Shown here: in pieces, positions 25,495 to 37,438 of the stretch
Position numbering within the stretch: position 1 is the first letter of the stretch
Layout: each line of letters starts with the position of its first letter
Source: Octopus bimaculoides
Lineage: Eukaryota
Assembly (NCBI RefSeq): GCF_001194135.2
Contig: NC_068987.1
Location: 75,627,191-75,685,104 of the forward strand
DNA length: 57,914 nucleotides
Direction: 5' to 3'
The notes under the pieces: generated by a model
The model's database searches: none
Told to the model about the DNA's origin: nothing
The model's input: the letters and a program-made list of their open reading frames with translations, nothing else
Position numbers and translations under genes: made by a program

Positions 25495-25660
25495 TACCAT
25501 CTGCTATTTGACTACAGCCATGCCGGAGCACAGGCTTGAATGGTTTAGCCGAAGAAATCGATATTTGTACTTAGTTTTTAAAAGTCTGGTACATATTCCA
25601 TTGTTTTTCTTGCCGAACTACTAGGCTATGGAAACGTAAACACCGGTAGTCAAGTGGTAG
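25495..25660 (-). mobile_element. SINE family A, old 3' fragment
   Basis: TTTGACTACAGCCATGCCGGAGCAC...TTGCCGAAC...ACGTAAACACCGGTAGTCAAG. Confidence 0.6.
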
Positions 25661-26102
25661 AGGATGTGACTCAGATATACATATACACACACACGTGCCT
25701 GTTATGTGTGTATGTATATATGACAGACATCCGTCTAACAAATTCTCTCACAAGTCATCAGTCTGTCTGGGCCTCTTGTAAAAGCAATTGCTCAATCTGC
25801 TACATAGTAAGACTGAACCAGAAACTACATGATTGGAAAACGGGCGTCTTAATTACATAGCCGTGCTTATGCCTATAGTGTACACACACGCATAAAAAGC
25901 CAAATACATACTCCCATTACACGTGTACAAGTCTTTCCGCACATGTAGTTAGATACAAGCGAGCATTAACATATTCACATTTTCACAAATCATTGGAAAT
26001 GTTTTGACTCAATCAAAAAAGACTTGTCATAGTTTTAGTGATCGTCAAAGAACGTAAATAAATCTCGTAGAAAAACATACATACATACATACATACATAC
26101 AT

Positions 26103-27273
26103 ATGTGATCCAGAAACTCCAGGATGGAAAAGCACCTGGAAGGGACTTAATTGTTGGATATTGGTTCAAGAAGCTAACATTCTACCGACCATACCTTATC
26201 AATCTGCACCAGCAAGCTTTCATTGAGAACAGTAGCTCTGGTTAGCTCTGGCAAAGACAAAATTGATCCCCAAATGCAGAACCACCCACATGGCAAAAAG
26301 CTACCGGTCAATTGCATGCCAGAACTTAATGTATAAGATATGTACAGCATGTTTAAACCTCTTCCTCCAGGACTATTGTGAAACCAATAACATTATCACA
26401 GCAGAACAAGCAGCTGGGAAGAAGGGAGTCTGGGGATGTGCCAAGCAATTGTTAATCAACAAAACTGTGATGTCAGAGGTGCAAGAGCATAGAAGGAACA
26501 TAGTTTCAATGTGTCTAGACTACAAGAAAGCCTTTGACTCTGTTCCCCACTCATGGATGCTAGAAGCCTTTCAACTTGCTAAAGTTCCAGTAAGAATAGT
26601 CAAACCCATAGCTGACCTGACTTCATCGTGGACAACCATCTTGTAATTAAACACAAAGAGTGATTGTATTATCACCGATAGAATACAATATCGCAAAGGC
26701 ATATTCCGAGGAGACAGCCTCTCTGATATGTTGTTTATACTTTCTGTAAACCCTTTGTCATTTATGTTAAGAAAATCTGAAGGGTATCTCACTGATTCAC
26801 AAGAAAACAGAAATACCAAAATTACACACTGTTTCTTTGTGGAAGACTTAAAACTTTATGCAAAGAATATGCATGAGATGAAAAAGAGCCTTGACCTACT
26901 TGCAAAATTCTCAAAGGATGTAAGAATGGAGTTTGGTATTTTTTCTATTTTTTCCATTTGCCGAACCGCTAGGTTAGGGTGACGTAAACACCAACACCAG
27001 TCAAGCGGTGCGGGGGACAAACACAGACACAAAGACACATACACATACGACGGGCTTCTTTCAGTTTTCACCAACCATCTCCACTCACAAAGCTTTGGTC
27101 GTCCCGCGGCAATAGTAGAAGACACTTGCTCTAAGTACCACGTAGTGTGTAGGTGCAGGCGTGGCTGTGTGGTAAGAAGCTTACTTCCCAACCACATGGT
27201 TCCGAGTAGTGGAACTGAACTCGGAACCATGTGGTTGGGAAGTAAGCTTCTTACCACACAACCACGCCTGCGC

Positions 27274-27317
<44 letters not shown>

Positions 27318-28945
27318 CAGTGTAGTTAAAACTATCTAAATTCCATTGAAACAGCCTGGCTTCTGTGTTGAAAACCAACTCTCTGTGTTGGTGAACATTT
27401 TTCATAAGAAATGACTAAATAAGTGCGTATACATACACACACTCTTGCATATAAACATACTTATAAACAAACTTTACATAAGCTGTCTCAGCTAATTCCA
27501 CCGAAACCTCTGCGAGTCTAGTAATATGGTGACTGATCGCCAGGTAAATAGAAAGAAGTATGGCAGGTGGAAATGTGCCGAGCAATTTTTGATAAAGTCG
27601 TGCTATTATTTAGAACTCCACTGATATAGTGACAGCTCGGTTTGATCACAGAACGGTATTTAATTCCCTTCCTTATTCATGACTGCCGAAGTAACTTCAC
27701 TTGGCAAAGATACTGCTGATTTGCTACTGCCAATGGAAGGCTCATAAAAAAAGACCTAGTCAACGATATTCACACATATAATCGAGTTTAGAACAACTGC
27801 CTCTGGTATTATAAATATTTCAAAGGCAATATTCCTGTGTGAAAGTTTGGTCTGTTTATTTCATTACCAAAACCACTGTCATTTCCTTTATAAATTTCCA
27901 GATTGTTACATACTACAATATACTGCCAGAGACATCAATGTAATTTAGGATTTCTTAGTAAATAAACGAAAGTTCAATTTTCGAAATAGTTAAAATATTG
28001 AGAAATAGCTGGATTTAGTGACATTTTTAGCTGATACAGAAATGAAATTTAGCCAAAGGAGGTGTCCATATTTGTTGAACACATGAAAACTGTTTTTCAA
28101 ATTTCAAACCTTTACGTCAATAGGACCTTTCTATTTTCCGAGTGCTATAAATGCATCGGTATTGATGAAAATATATCACACATAGTTCCTGTGAACAAGG
28201 AAAGGCTATCAAAATAATATTACTCTAGACTTGAAAAAAAATTATGGCATTTAGACACTTACCCATAGAGCAGGATAATATCATACATTGCATTTGCAAT
28301 ATCAGTACTAATTTTGGGATATAGCAGACATTCACTTCATAGATATGAAATCCCGCAAGATCCTAACACCAACTGGGAACATTTACAGAAACAGTGGTGC
28401 TAACAGGCTCTATCTCAGAAGGAAGGCGATAGTAGGGATAGGAGGAAGAAAAATTTTTGGTGTTGCGTGATATTATTTAAACAATATCTGTTAAACAGTA
28501 GTTGAAAATATGAAAAAGTGAACACATTACAAATCGATTACGGACCCTAAAGAACTCATTTCCTGATAACATCCCATTGGACACTCAAAATTGCTGGACC
28601 TGCGTACCTTGCAAAAACTTGGTAGAAAAAACACTCAGCATAAAATACAAAATGGATATATATGGATATTTTACCTGTATATTCGGGAATAGTTCTATTA
28701 ATAGCATAAAATGTAGTTTCTTTAGGTGACTTGGCCTTCATATTATGACACATTTCAAAGATAACGCTTCCGAAGTCAAAGGTAAAGGAGATAGCTAGTT
28801 ACGAAATGTCTAAAGAACAAAAGTGACAGGGAAGCTATCCAACCCCATATATATGCGTCCAATAATATCGATTATATCACGTTCATGAGGAACATTTCCT
28901 ATATCGACAGGTGCCGAAAATGCCATAAAGTTATTCACTCCCACT
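26103..28945 (+). mobile_element. Older degenerate R4/Dong-like LINE (RT to zinc knuckle) split by about 1.1 kb of later insertions
   Basis: YRSIACQNLMYK, LDYKKAFDSVPH, GIFRGDSLS and FFVEDLKLY at 26263-26940. The element resumes near 28110 with CYKCIGIDEN, SRKILTPTGNIYRNSGANRLYL and VPKMP*SYSLPL. Confidence 0.8.
26960..27281 (-). mobile_element. SINE family A with inverted duplication of its head
   Basis: Matches the reverse complement of 3229-3520, with an extra 60-nt inverted head copy at 27148-27207. Confidence 0.9.
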
Positions 28946-28949
28946 GTTC

Positions 28950-29150
28950 CTGTTAGGGGAACGTAAACACACCAACACCAACTGTCAAGCAGTGTGGGAG
29001 ACAAACATAGACACCAAGACACACACACACGACGGGTTTCCTTTAGTTTCCGTCTACCAACTCCATTCACAAGGCTTTGGTTGTCCCGAGGCAATAGTAG
29101 AAGATACTTGCCTTAAGTGCCACGTAGTGGGACTGAACCCGGAATCATGC
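28950..29150 (-). mobile_element. SINE family A, internal fragment
   Basis: CAGTTTCCGTCTACC...TCACAAGGCTTTGG...GGGACTGAACCCGGAA. Confidence 0.85.
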
Positions 29151-30867
29151 AGAGAATATTGGTGGAACATACTCATCAAAATTTTCTGTTAACCGCAAAC
29201 TTTAATGGCGTAATATGTTTCGTTGGCACAGAAAAGTAAACTTACACTCAGAAAGGGTTAACTGCCTCATAGATGTGAACATTTCTTTTCAAAACAGTAA
29301 GAAAAAGGATATATAGGGTCAACTGTTTCGAAACCGTCAGTTCTTTCTCCAGATTATAAATTCATGCATTTTTGTTTTACCGTTAATTATTACTGCAGTC
29401 AGCTATGTAAGTAAATATTTAAGTGACTCTAAGATTATCAGGCAAAGAAATTGTCCAGCACTTCATAAACAATCTGTAAGTGAAACAGCGAAAATATATT
29501 AAAATTTCTGAAGTTTGACATGTAACAGTTACCAGTTTTGAAGCCCAGATTTTGGCAATGGAGACTTCTTTCTTCATTAGAAACTCGTTCCTGACTTTTA
29601 TATTCTGTAATGTGTAAAACATTCCAGAAGTTGGGCCTGTTGTAGGCAAACATAGACAAGCATATCTATGTGTACGCAAACGCACGTCAAAACCTTATAC
29701 ATTCATGCAGGCAAACATACATACACACATCCACACATACATATATATACATGCATATTTTTGCATGCAGTCACACAGATTTACATACATACATACATAT
29801 ATGACTGTCGAGATGGTGTCTAAATTTTAATGAAGAAGCATTCATTCAAGGTTTAAAGAGCAGCTCAATCTCTTTTACTCTCTTCCTCTGTTGAGGAGAA
29901 ACTTGAAAAAATAACCAGGTAAACATACATGTATACACATGTACAAATATACGTGTCATAATTTATTTTTACATTTGTAGTCAAGGATACTCATACCAAA
30001 TAGATATACATAACATACAAATCACAAATATATACGGAAACACACATACACATACACATACAGTTAACGTATACACTCATACAGACAGACGATTGAATAT
30101 ATTCATTAACTATGCATGCAGGACATTACAATCATACAAAGGTTGTTGAATGGCCAGTATATATCTCTATATAACTTTTGTATAAATGATGAAATGTTTT
30201 GTTGTTATGTCTGGGGTGTGCCGGATATGCATACAGGCTGTCGCCATACGGGGTGGAGTTGATTTCTCACTTCCGGTTGCTTGTCTGTTCAAGGCAGAAA
30301 ATTCTAAATTTGTGACGATATATTTAGTTTATGTCAGTGTAAAATTATATACTATTTTAAATGCAAGACTTTCTGTCTAAAATGATTGCAGCTATTTTTT
30401 TCTATCCGCAACTATCCCATCTAATTTTCGGCTATGCTCTATCTACGACTATAGTATCCAATGTGCTTCTGCGGCTCTTAAAGAGAGCAGAAAGGAACTT
30501 TAACTGATATTTCTCGGCATTTAAGCGATAGCGTATACTAACTTTTGCTACTTTGATTAATGGTTTTCTCTGTAATAATGGTGTTAATGAAAAGAACTCA
30601 GCTACAAGGATTAAAGAATTGTAGATATCATTTACTGATACTCGTGAAAGTTTGACCTATATGAAATATTTTATAAAGCACTCCCTATAAACCCATATAA
30701 TATGGCATAAACATAGCGACATTCCTCTACCTCAGTTTTTTGTTTCCTTTTTTTTTTCTATTGCAAAACCCCTTTTTAAAAGGGTTCACTTTTACAGACA
30801 CAGTGTATGAGTGAGTGAATGATAAGATTGCAAACACACGCTGTTAAAATTTGTTGGCAGCAATCTT

Positions 30868-31073
30868 TTATCTTTTATGTTTAACTTGTTCTAGTCATTG
30901 GATTGAGGCCATGCAGGGGCACCGCCTCGAAGAACTTTTAGTGAAATGTGCTATTTGTTTTTAAAGCCTGATACTTGTTCTTTCAATCTCTTTAACCGAA
31001 GCGCTATGTTACAGAGACGTAAACACATCAGCACCGGTTGTCAAGTGGTGTGGGTGGAAGGGGGAACAAGCAG

Positions 31074-31121
<48 letters not shown>

Positions 31122-31290
31122 CTATCCGACGGGCTTATTTCAGTTTCCGTTCACTTAATCGATTTACGAGGCTTTGGTTGGCCTGAGACTATTGTAGAGG
31201 ATACCGCCCAAGGTGCTATACGGTGGGACTGAAAAAACCCGTACCATGTGTTTGGGAAGCAAGCTTTTCATCATACAGCCACGTCTGCGT
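30868..31290 (-). mobile_element. SINE family A, diverged full length
   Basis: Tail, body and head all align by eye to the reverse complement of 3229-3634. Confidence 0.8.
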
Positions 31291-31597
31291 TTCAGCTTGT
31301 CATTAGTAATATGATCGTAGTAACCTCCAATCGTTGTGTCGCTTCACCTGTGGCTGGAGCCCTCTTGAAGAGCGTCGGTTTTTATTTCTCTGAACTATGC
31401 TAGTTCATTCTTTATTTCAAATAGATAATTTTATTGATCCTGGGGGAGCATGGAAGGGAAGTAGATGGCTTGAATTTGCTCCTACAACCACTAGATCCCA
31501 ATATAAACGAACTTTTAAGGAGCAACAAGTGAGGACCCATTTCCAACAGTCATCATTGCTGAAAGATCTAAAGCAGGTTTTACTCACAGAATGGCAG

Positions 31598-31665
31598 AAT
31601 GGGACTTAGTCCGGAACCATGTGGCTGGGAAGCAGGCTTCTCACCACAAAGCCACGCCTGCGCCT
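31598..31665 (-). mobile_element. SINE family A, head only
   Basis: GGAACCATGTGGCTGGGAAGCAGGCTTCTCACCACAAAGCCACGCCTGCGCC. Confidence 0.8.
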
Positions 31666-32680
31666 ATATATGATATATACACACACATACGCACACACAT
31701 ATACACACAGAAATGATACGATACGCAATGTGTGTGTTATTTATTAAGACATTGTTTCGATAAAGATACAAGCGAAGAAATAAAAGTAGAAAAGAAAAAA
31801 TACCCGACTTGTTTATTATTAATCCCTCATCACTTAAATAGAGAAACGCGATCTTCGCGCTTAATTTCGTAATAAAAAGCCTCATAAAAACAAAGAATGG
31901 TACTAATAATAGGAAGCCTTTTAATCTGAGAAACACTCCCCAACACCAGCACCAGCACCAGCACCAGCACCAGCATCGCCATCACAACCAATAATATCAT
32001 GAACGCAACAGGAATAAGAGCAACAAAACTTATAACTATAACAGTAAACTCGTCACATAAACAATATCAACTTTGGTAGTGTTTACCACCACTATCATTT
32101 TCAAGTTTTAAAAGATAAACTCCTAATCTCTTGATAACTTGTTTTGCGAAGGGACTTAAAAAACAAACGCATTAACTCTTATCTTAGAAAACTCTAGAGA
32201 AAAGTTCAATAAACACCTCCGTATATGGTCTGCCATATAACTTGAATTCTCCGTTTTCGTCTTATCATTTTAGAAATTTTGAAATATATAGCCTTAACAA
32301 CTGGACATGGGTTAACTATCGAGGTCAAAATAAGAATATCTATCTGCTGTCGTGTTAGAAATAGCTTTGTGTTGAAATAGTTTGTTCTTTCAACCCAACC
32401 TTTTAACAGATATCAGAATTACGTGATAAATTTTGTTCCTTAGCATATGACGCCACACAAGAGAAAGAGCTCTATCAGAATATTTTACAGAAACATGAAA
32501 CATACGTACACACACGCATGTATGTACATAAATACGCGCACACATACACACATAAATAAACATTTCTGTGTGTGTATGCATGTCAGTATATAAATACACA
32601 CACGCACGCACACACACACACACAGACACACAGAGACACAGACACACATATGTATATATATATATGCACACTGTATATAA

Positions 32681-32730
<50 letters not shown>

Positions 32731-32733
<3 letters not shown>

Positions 32734-32899
32734 AAGGGCATAACTATACAAGAATGTCTCACGTTAACTATCGTAATAAACCCATTTTTACCGAATGCGA
32801 GGAAATGCAACCCTCAAAGAAGCTAGCCTTTCTTTGAGGGTTGCAATTCCTCGCATTCGGTAAAAATGTGAGGCATTCTTGTATAGTTATGCCCTTATA
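32731..32899. repeat. Fold-back element of about 170 bp beside (TA)n
   Basis: Outer arms 32731-32762/32868-32899 and inner arms 32783-32821/32830-32868, one mismatch each, with a 20-nt left bulge. Confidence 0.9.
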
Positions 32900-33019
32900 T
32901 ATAAATAAATAAATAAATATGATTTAGGGAAAAACGATAGATTCTTCCCTGTGAATTTCTTCCACGCTAGCTACTTGATAAATTCTTATATAAAATTTAA
33001 TCCTATTATTGAATTAATT

Positions 33020-33350
33020 AATTATATAACGACGATATTGTTGGGGAGACTCTGACCGTCGAAAAGTATCAACTAGTTGGTCTGTTCCGGAAGACTTTCA
33101 GGCCGGAGCCCATAGATAATTGCTGAAATATATGGTTTAATAGTGCTACCGAAAGGAATTGTAGGTTCGAGATAAACTCTATCGGCGTTGAAGTGTTGTC
33201 CGCCGGGCTGCTCGAGATGTGCACATAACAACGAAGTTCTTCTGTAAACACTCATTCAGCGCCTGAGCTTTGCTGACGTCTGGAGTTATGTTGAACATCT
33301 GCCGAGGAACATGCAACGAATCCAGCTATCAGCCGAGTCCGTTGTGAAGA
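33020..33350 (-). mobile_element. Possible CR1/L2-like LINE fragment (EN-RT linker)
   Basis: DVSKAQALNECLQKNF followed by ISNLQFLSVALLNHI..L resembles D..KA..LN..F.SVF / L..I.F....V. The match is weak and frameshifted. Confidence 0.3.
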
Positions 33351-34055
33351 TCATTATCGCCGTCATCCTTTCCCCGGGAAGGATAAGCCTTGTTTAGCTG
33401 CTGACATTAGCGAAAGAAGTTGTATCGTGGACCAGACTGAAAAGGTTGAATATAGACACTTCCCTCCCTCNNNNNNNNNNNNNNNNNNNNNNNNNNNNNN
33501 NNNNNNNNNNNNNNNNNNNNNNNNNNNNNNNNNNNNNNNNNNNNNNNNNNNNNNNNNNNNNNNNNNNNNNNNNNNNNNNNNNNNNNNNNNNNNNNNNNAA
33601 AGGATGAAAGGCAAACTCGAACTCAGCGGAACTTGAACTCACTACGCTCTGAGTTCAAATTCCGCCGATATCGACTTGCCTTTCATCCTTTTGGGCCGAT
33701 ATATTAAGTAACAGTTGAGTACAGAGGTCGATCTAATCGACTATCCTCCTCCCGCAAATCTCAGGCCTTGTTGTGCTTCTAAGAGAAAGGATTATTCTTC
33801 TTCTTCTTCTTCTTCTTCTTCTTATTGTTGTTGTTGTTGTTGCTGTTGTTGTTATTGTTGTTGTTGCTGTTGTGAATTAATAGAATCGCTTCAGCGTTTA
33901 TCAAAACAGCTTATGATATTTTACCGGTCTCTTTACGCTTTGAGTTTAAAACCCCGCAGGGGATAACTTTGTCTTTCATCCCTCTCGGATGAAAGACAAA
34001 GTTTCATCCCTCCAGTACCAATCAGCTACTGGAGTTGATGTAATCGACTACTCTC

Positions 34056-34098
<43 letters not shown>

Positions 34099-34256
34099 TT
34101 CGTCTGTCTTCATGTTTTGAGTTCAAATCCCACCGAGGTCGACTTTACCTTTTATCCTTTTGGGGTCGATACAGTAAGGACCAGCTGTGTACTGGGATCG
34201 ATGGCATCCTCTTATCCCCTCCCCCAAAATGGCTGCTCATGTCGCAAAATTTGAAA

Positions 34257-34425
<169 letters not shown>

Positions 34426-34876
34426 GACGGCGAGTTGGCAGAATCGTTAGCACGATGAACGAAATACGGTTTTTCGCCTGACGCTACGTTCTGAGTTCAA
34501 ATTCCGCTGAGGTCGACTTTGCCTTTTATCTTTTCGGGGTTGATAAAGTAAGTACCAGTGAAATTCTAGGGTCGATGAAATCAACTAGTCCCCTCGCGCA
34601 AAACTTCAGGCCTTGTGCTTATAATAAAAAGGATTATTATTATTATTATTATTATTATCGTTATTATTATTATTAAGGCGGCGAGCTAGCAGAATCGTTA
34701 GAATTGCCGGGTGAGATGCTTAGCGGTATTTCCTCTGCGGCTACGTTCTGAGTTCAAGTTAGGCCGAGGTCGACTTTGCTTTCACCCTTTCGGGATCAAT
34801 TAAATAAGTATCGGTTATGCACTGGGGTCAATGTAATCGACTTAATCCTTTCCCCCAAATTTGTGCTTCCAGTGGA

Positions 34877-34924
<48 letters not shown>

Positions 34925-34940
34925 TATTATTATTATTATT

Positions 34941-35497
34941 GAGTGAAAGAGCAGTGCATGCCATCAAAGTGACACTGGGGGTAAAAGATACGAAGCCCAT
35001 TATACCCATCATGACTACCAGTCTGATAAGGGTACACCAGGCACATGCATCACAACCATATGTGCGCGACATGGTGATTGCATATCAAGATAAACAGCGC
35101 ATGACCTTGTAGGTGGGATCCAGTTAGAATTTTCTTCAGGTCGAGTAGCGCATCACGCTCAAAAGGTCCCTGAATAAGGTTTCTTTAAGGATGTTGAGCA
35201 AAACACCCATGTTTCCAAAGGTGAATTATTCCAACCCCAAAGAATTCCTTTCAACACATGGCTTTGATGCTCCCTCACTACTTCTGCTCATGATCAGAGA
35301 TGCACATATCGTCAGCCACCAAGGGACATGCTCAACTGGTTAAGATCAAGCAACTGACAAGCAAATCTTTGGTATTGAGCAGAATATTTGCTGTAGCCCA
35401 TCTTTTATACCAAGACAAAACAATGTACATGATAACACTTCCAATCAATTAAGATCAGAAGCCATGAGAGCCACTGCCTGGTACTGCATCCGGGCAT
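34941..35497 (-). mobile_element. 557-bp non-coding interspersed element (family D) bounded by (TAA)n tracts
   Basis: Sharp ends against (ATT)n on both sides; internal about 160 bp is homologous to 7745-7905 in opposite orientation; no long ORF. Confidence 0.7.
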
Positions 35498-35498
35498 A

Positions 35499-35573
<75 letters not shown>

Positions 35574-36501
35574 GGCGGTGAGCTGACAGAATCATTAGCA
35601 CGCCAGAAAAATGCTTTGCGGTATTTCGTGTGCCTGCTCGTTCTGTGTTGAAATTCCGCCGAGGTCGATTTTGCCTTTCATCCTTTCGGAGTCGATAGAT
35701 TAAGTACCAGTGAAACACTGGACCGATGTAATCGAATAGTCTTCTCCATCCATATTTCAGGCCTTGTGCCTATAGTAGAAAGCATTATTAATGGCGGCGA
35801 ACTGGCAGAATCGTTGGCACGTTGGGTGAAATGCTTAGCGATATTTCGCCCGTCGCTACGTTCTGAGTTCAAATTCCGCTGAGGTCGACTTTACCTTTTA
35901 TCCTTCGGGGTCGACAAATTAAGTACCAGTAGTCTACTGGTGTCGAGGTAATCAACTTATCCCCTCACCGAAATTTCAGTCCTTGTGCTACAGTAGAAAG
36001 AATTATTATTATTATTATTATTACTATTATTATTATCATCACCATCATTAACAGCCAAAACCGTAAACAAATTAGAAAAGAAAGAAACTCACATTCTGAT
36101 GAAGTTAATAACAAACACTGGAAATACACTAGCCATTCTGTTATTCTCATATCTATACCGTAAAGCTTATAATCCTGTTCTCAATATGCATCCTGCAGCT
36201 GTTTAAAGATACTGTCCTTATTGACACACACACTTCTCTTTCTGCTTTTAACTTCTTATCTTCCGAATCTTCAGTTTAGAGGTGAAGTTTCTTTCTCCAC
36301 GTAACACCACATCACACTCTTCTCCGCCTCCACACCCCTGCATTGAATCAAAATATAAATAAATAAATAAAAACGTACATAAAAAAATTGAATAGAATAA
36401 ATAAAATATGTATAAAAGTACATGTTCCATACGTATATGTATATGCGTGCGCACGTGAGTTTCTCAGTGTGCATGGGTGTATGGCTAGATCTCTCTATCT
36501 C

Positions 36502-36534
<33 letters not shown>

Positions 36535-37291
36535 ACATACATACATACATATATATATACACACACGCATACACACACACATATATATATATATGTATAC
36601 ACATATAAACAAACATATGTACACACACACACACATATAAATATATATTTGTGTATATATATATATATGTACATATATATATATATATATATATATGNNN
36701 NNNNNNNNNNNNNNNNNNNNNNNNNNNNNNNNNNNNNNNNNNNNNNNNNNNNNNNNNNNNNNNNNNNNNNNNNNNNNNNNNNNNNNNNNNNNNNNNNNNN
36801 NNNNNNNNNNNNNNNNNNNNNNNNNNNNNNNNNNNNNNNNNNNNNNNNNNNNNNNNNNNNNNNNNNNNNNNNNNNNNNNNNNNNNNNNNNNNNNNNNNNN
36901 NNNNNNNNNNNNNNNNNNNNNNNNNNNNNNNNNNNNNNNNNNNNNNNNNNNNNNNNNNNNNNNNNNNNNNNNNNNNNNNNNNNNNNNNNNNNNNNNNNNN
37001 NNNNNNNNNNNNNNNNNNNNNNNNNNNNNNNNNNNNNNNNNNNNNNNNNNNNNNNNNNNNNNNNNNNNNNNNNNNNNNNNNNNNNNNNNNNNNNNNNNNN
37101 NTATATATAAAAGATAATCCGGAAAACACGAAGTATGTGGGTGGGAAGGTAGAGGTATATTTGCCTTCCTTTCCTCCACTTTCTCTTTTTCTTTCTCTTT
37201 CTTTCTCTTCCTCTACCTATATTTCTCACTTTTTCCCTGTTTCTTACACGTGCGTACCCACACATGCACTTAGATAAGCATACTCACACGC

Positions 37292-37341
<50 letters not shown>

Positions 37342-37390
37342 TTAGACAAATATAAATATATATCCATAGAAGAACGGGTGAGTGTGTGTG

Positions 37391-37438
<48 letters not shown>

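Noticed and set aside
29419-29685. Putative two-exon end NIKVRNEFLMKKEVSIAKIWASKL / IVYEVLDNFFA
   Set aside because: It needs an intron of about 59 nt with a weak donor, and has no recognisable homology.
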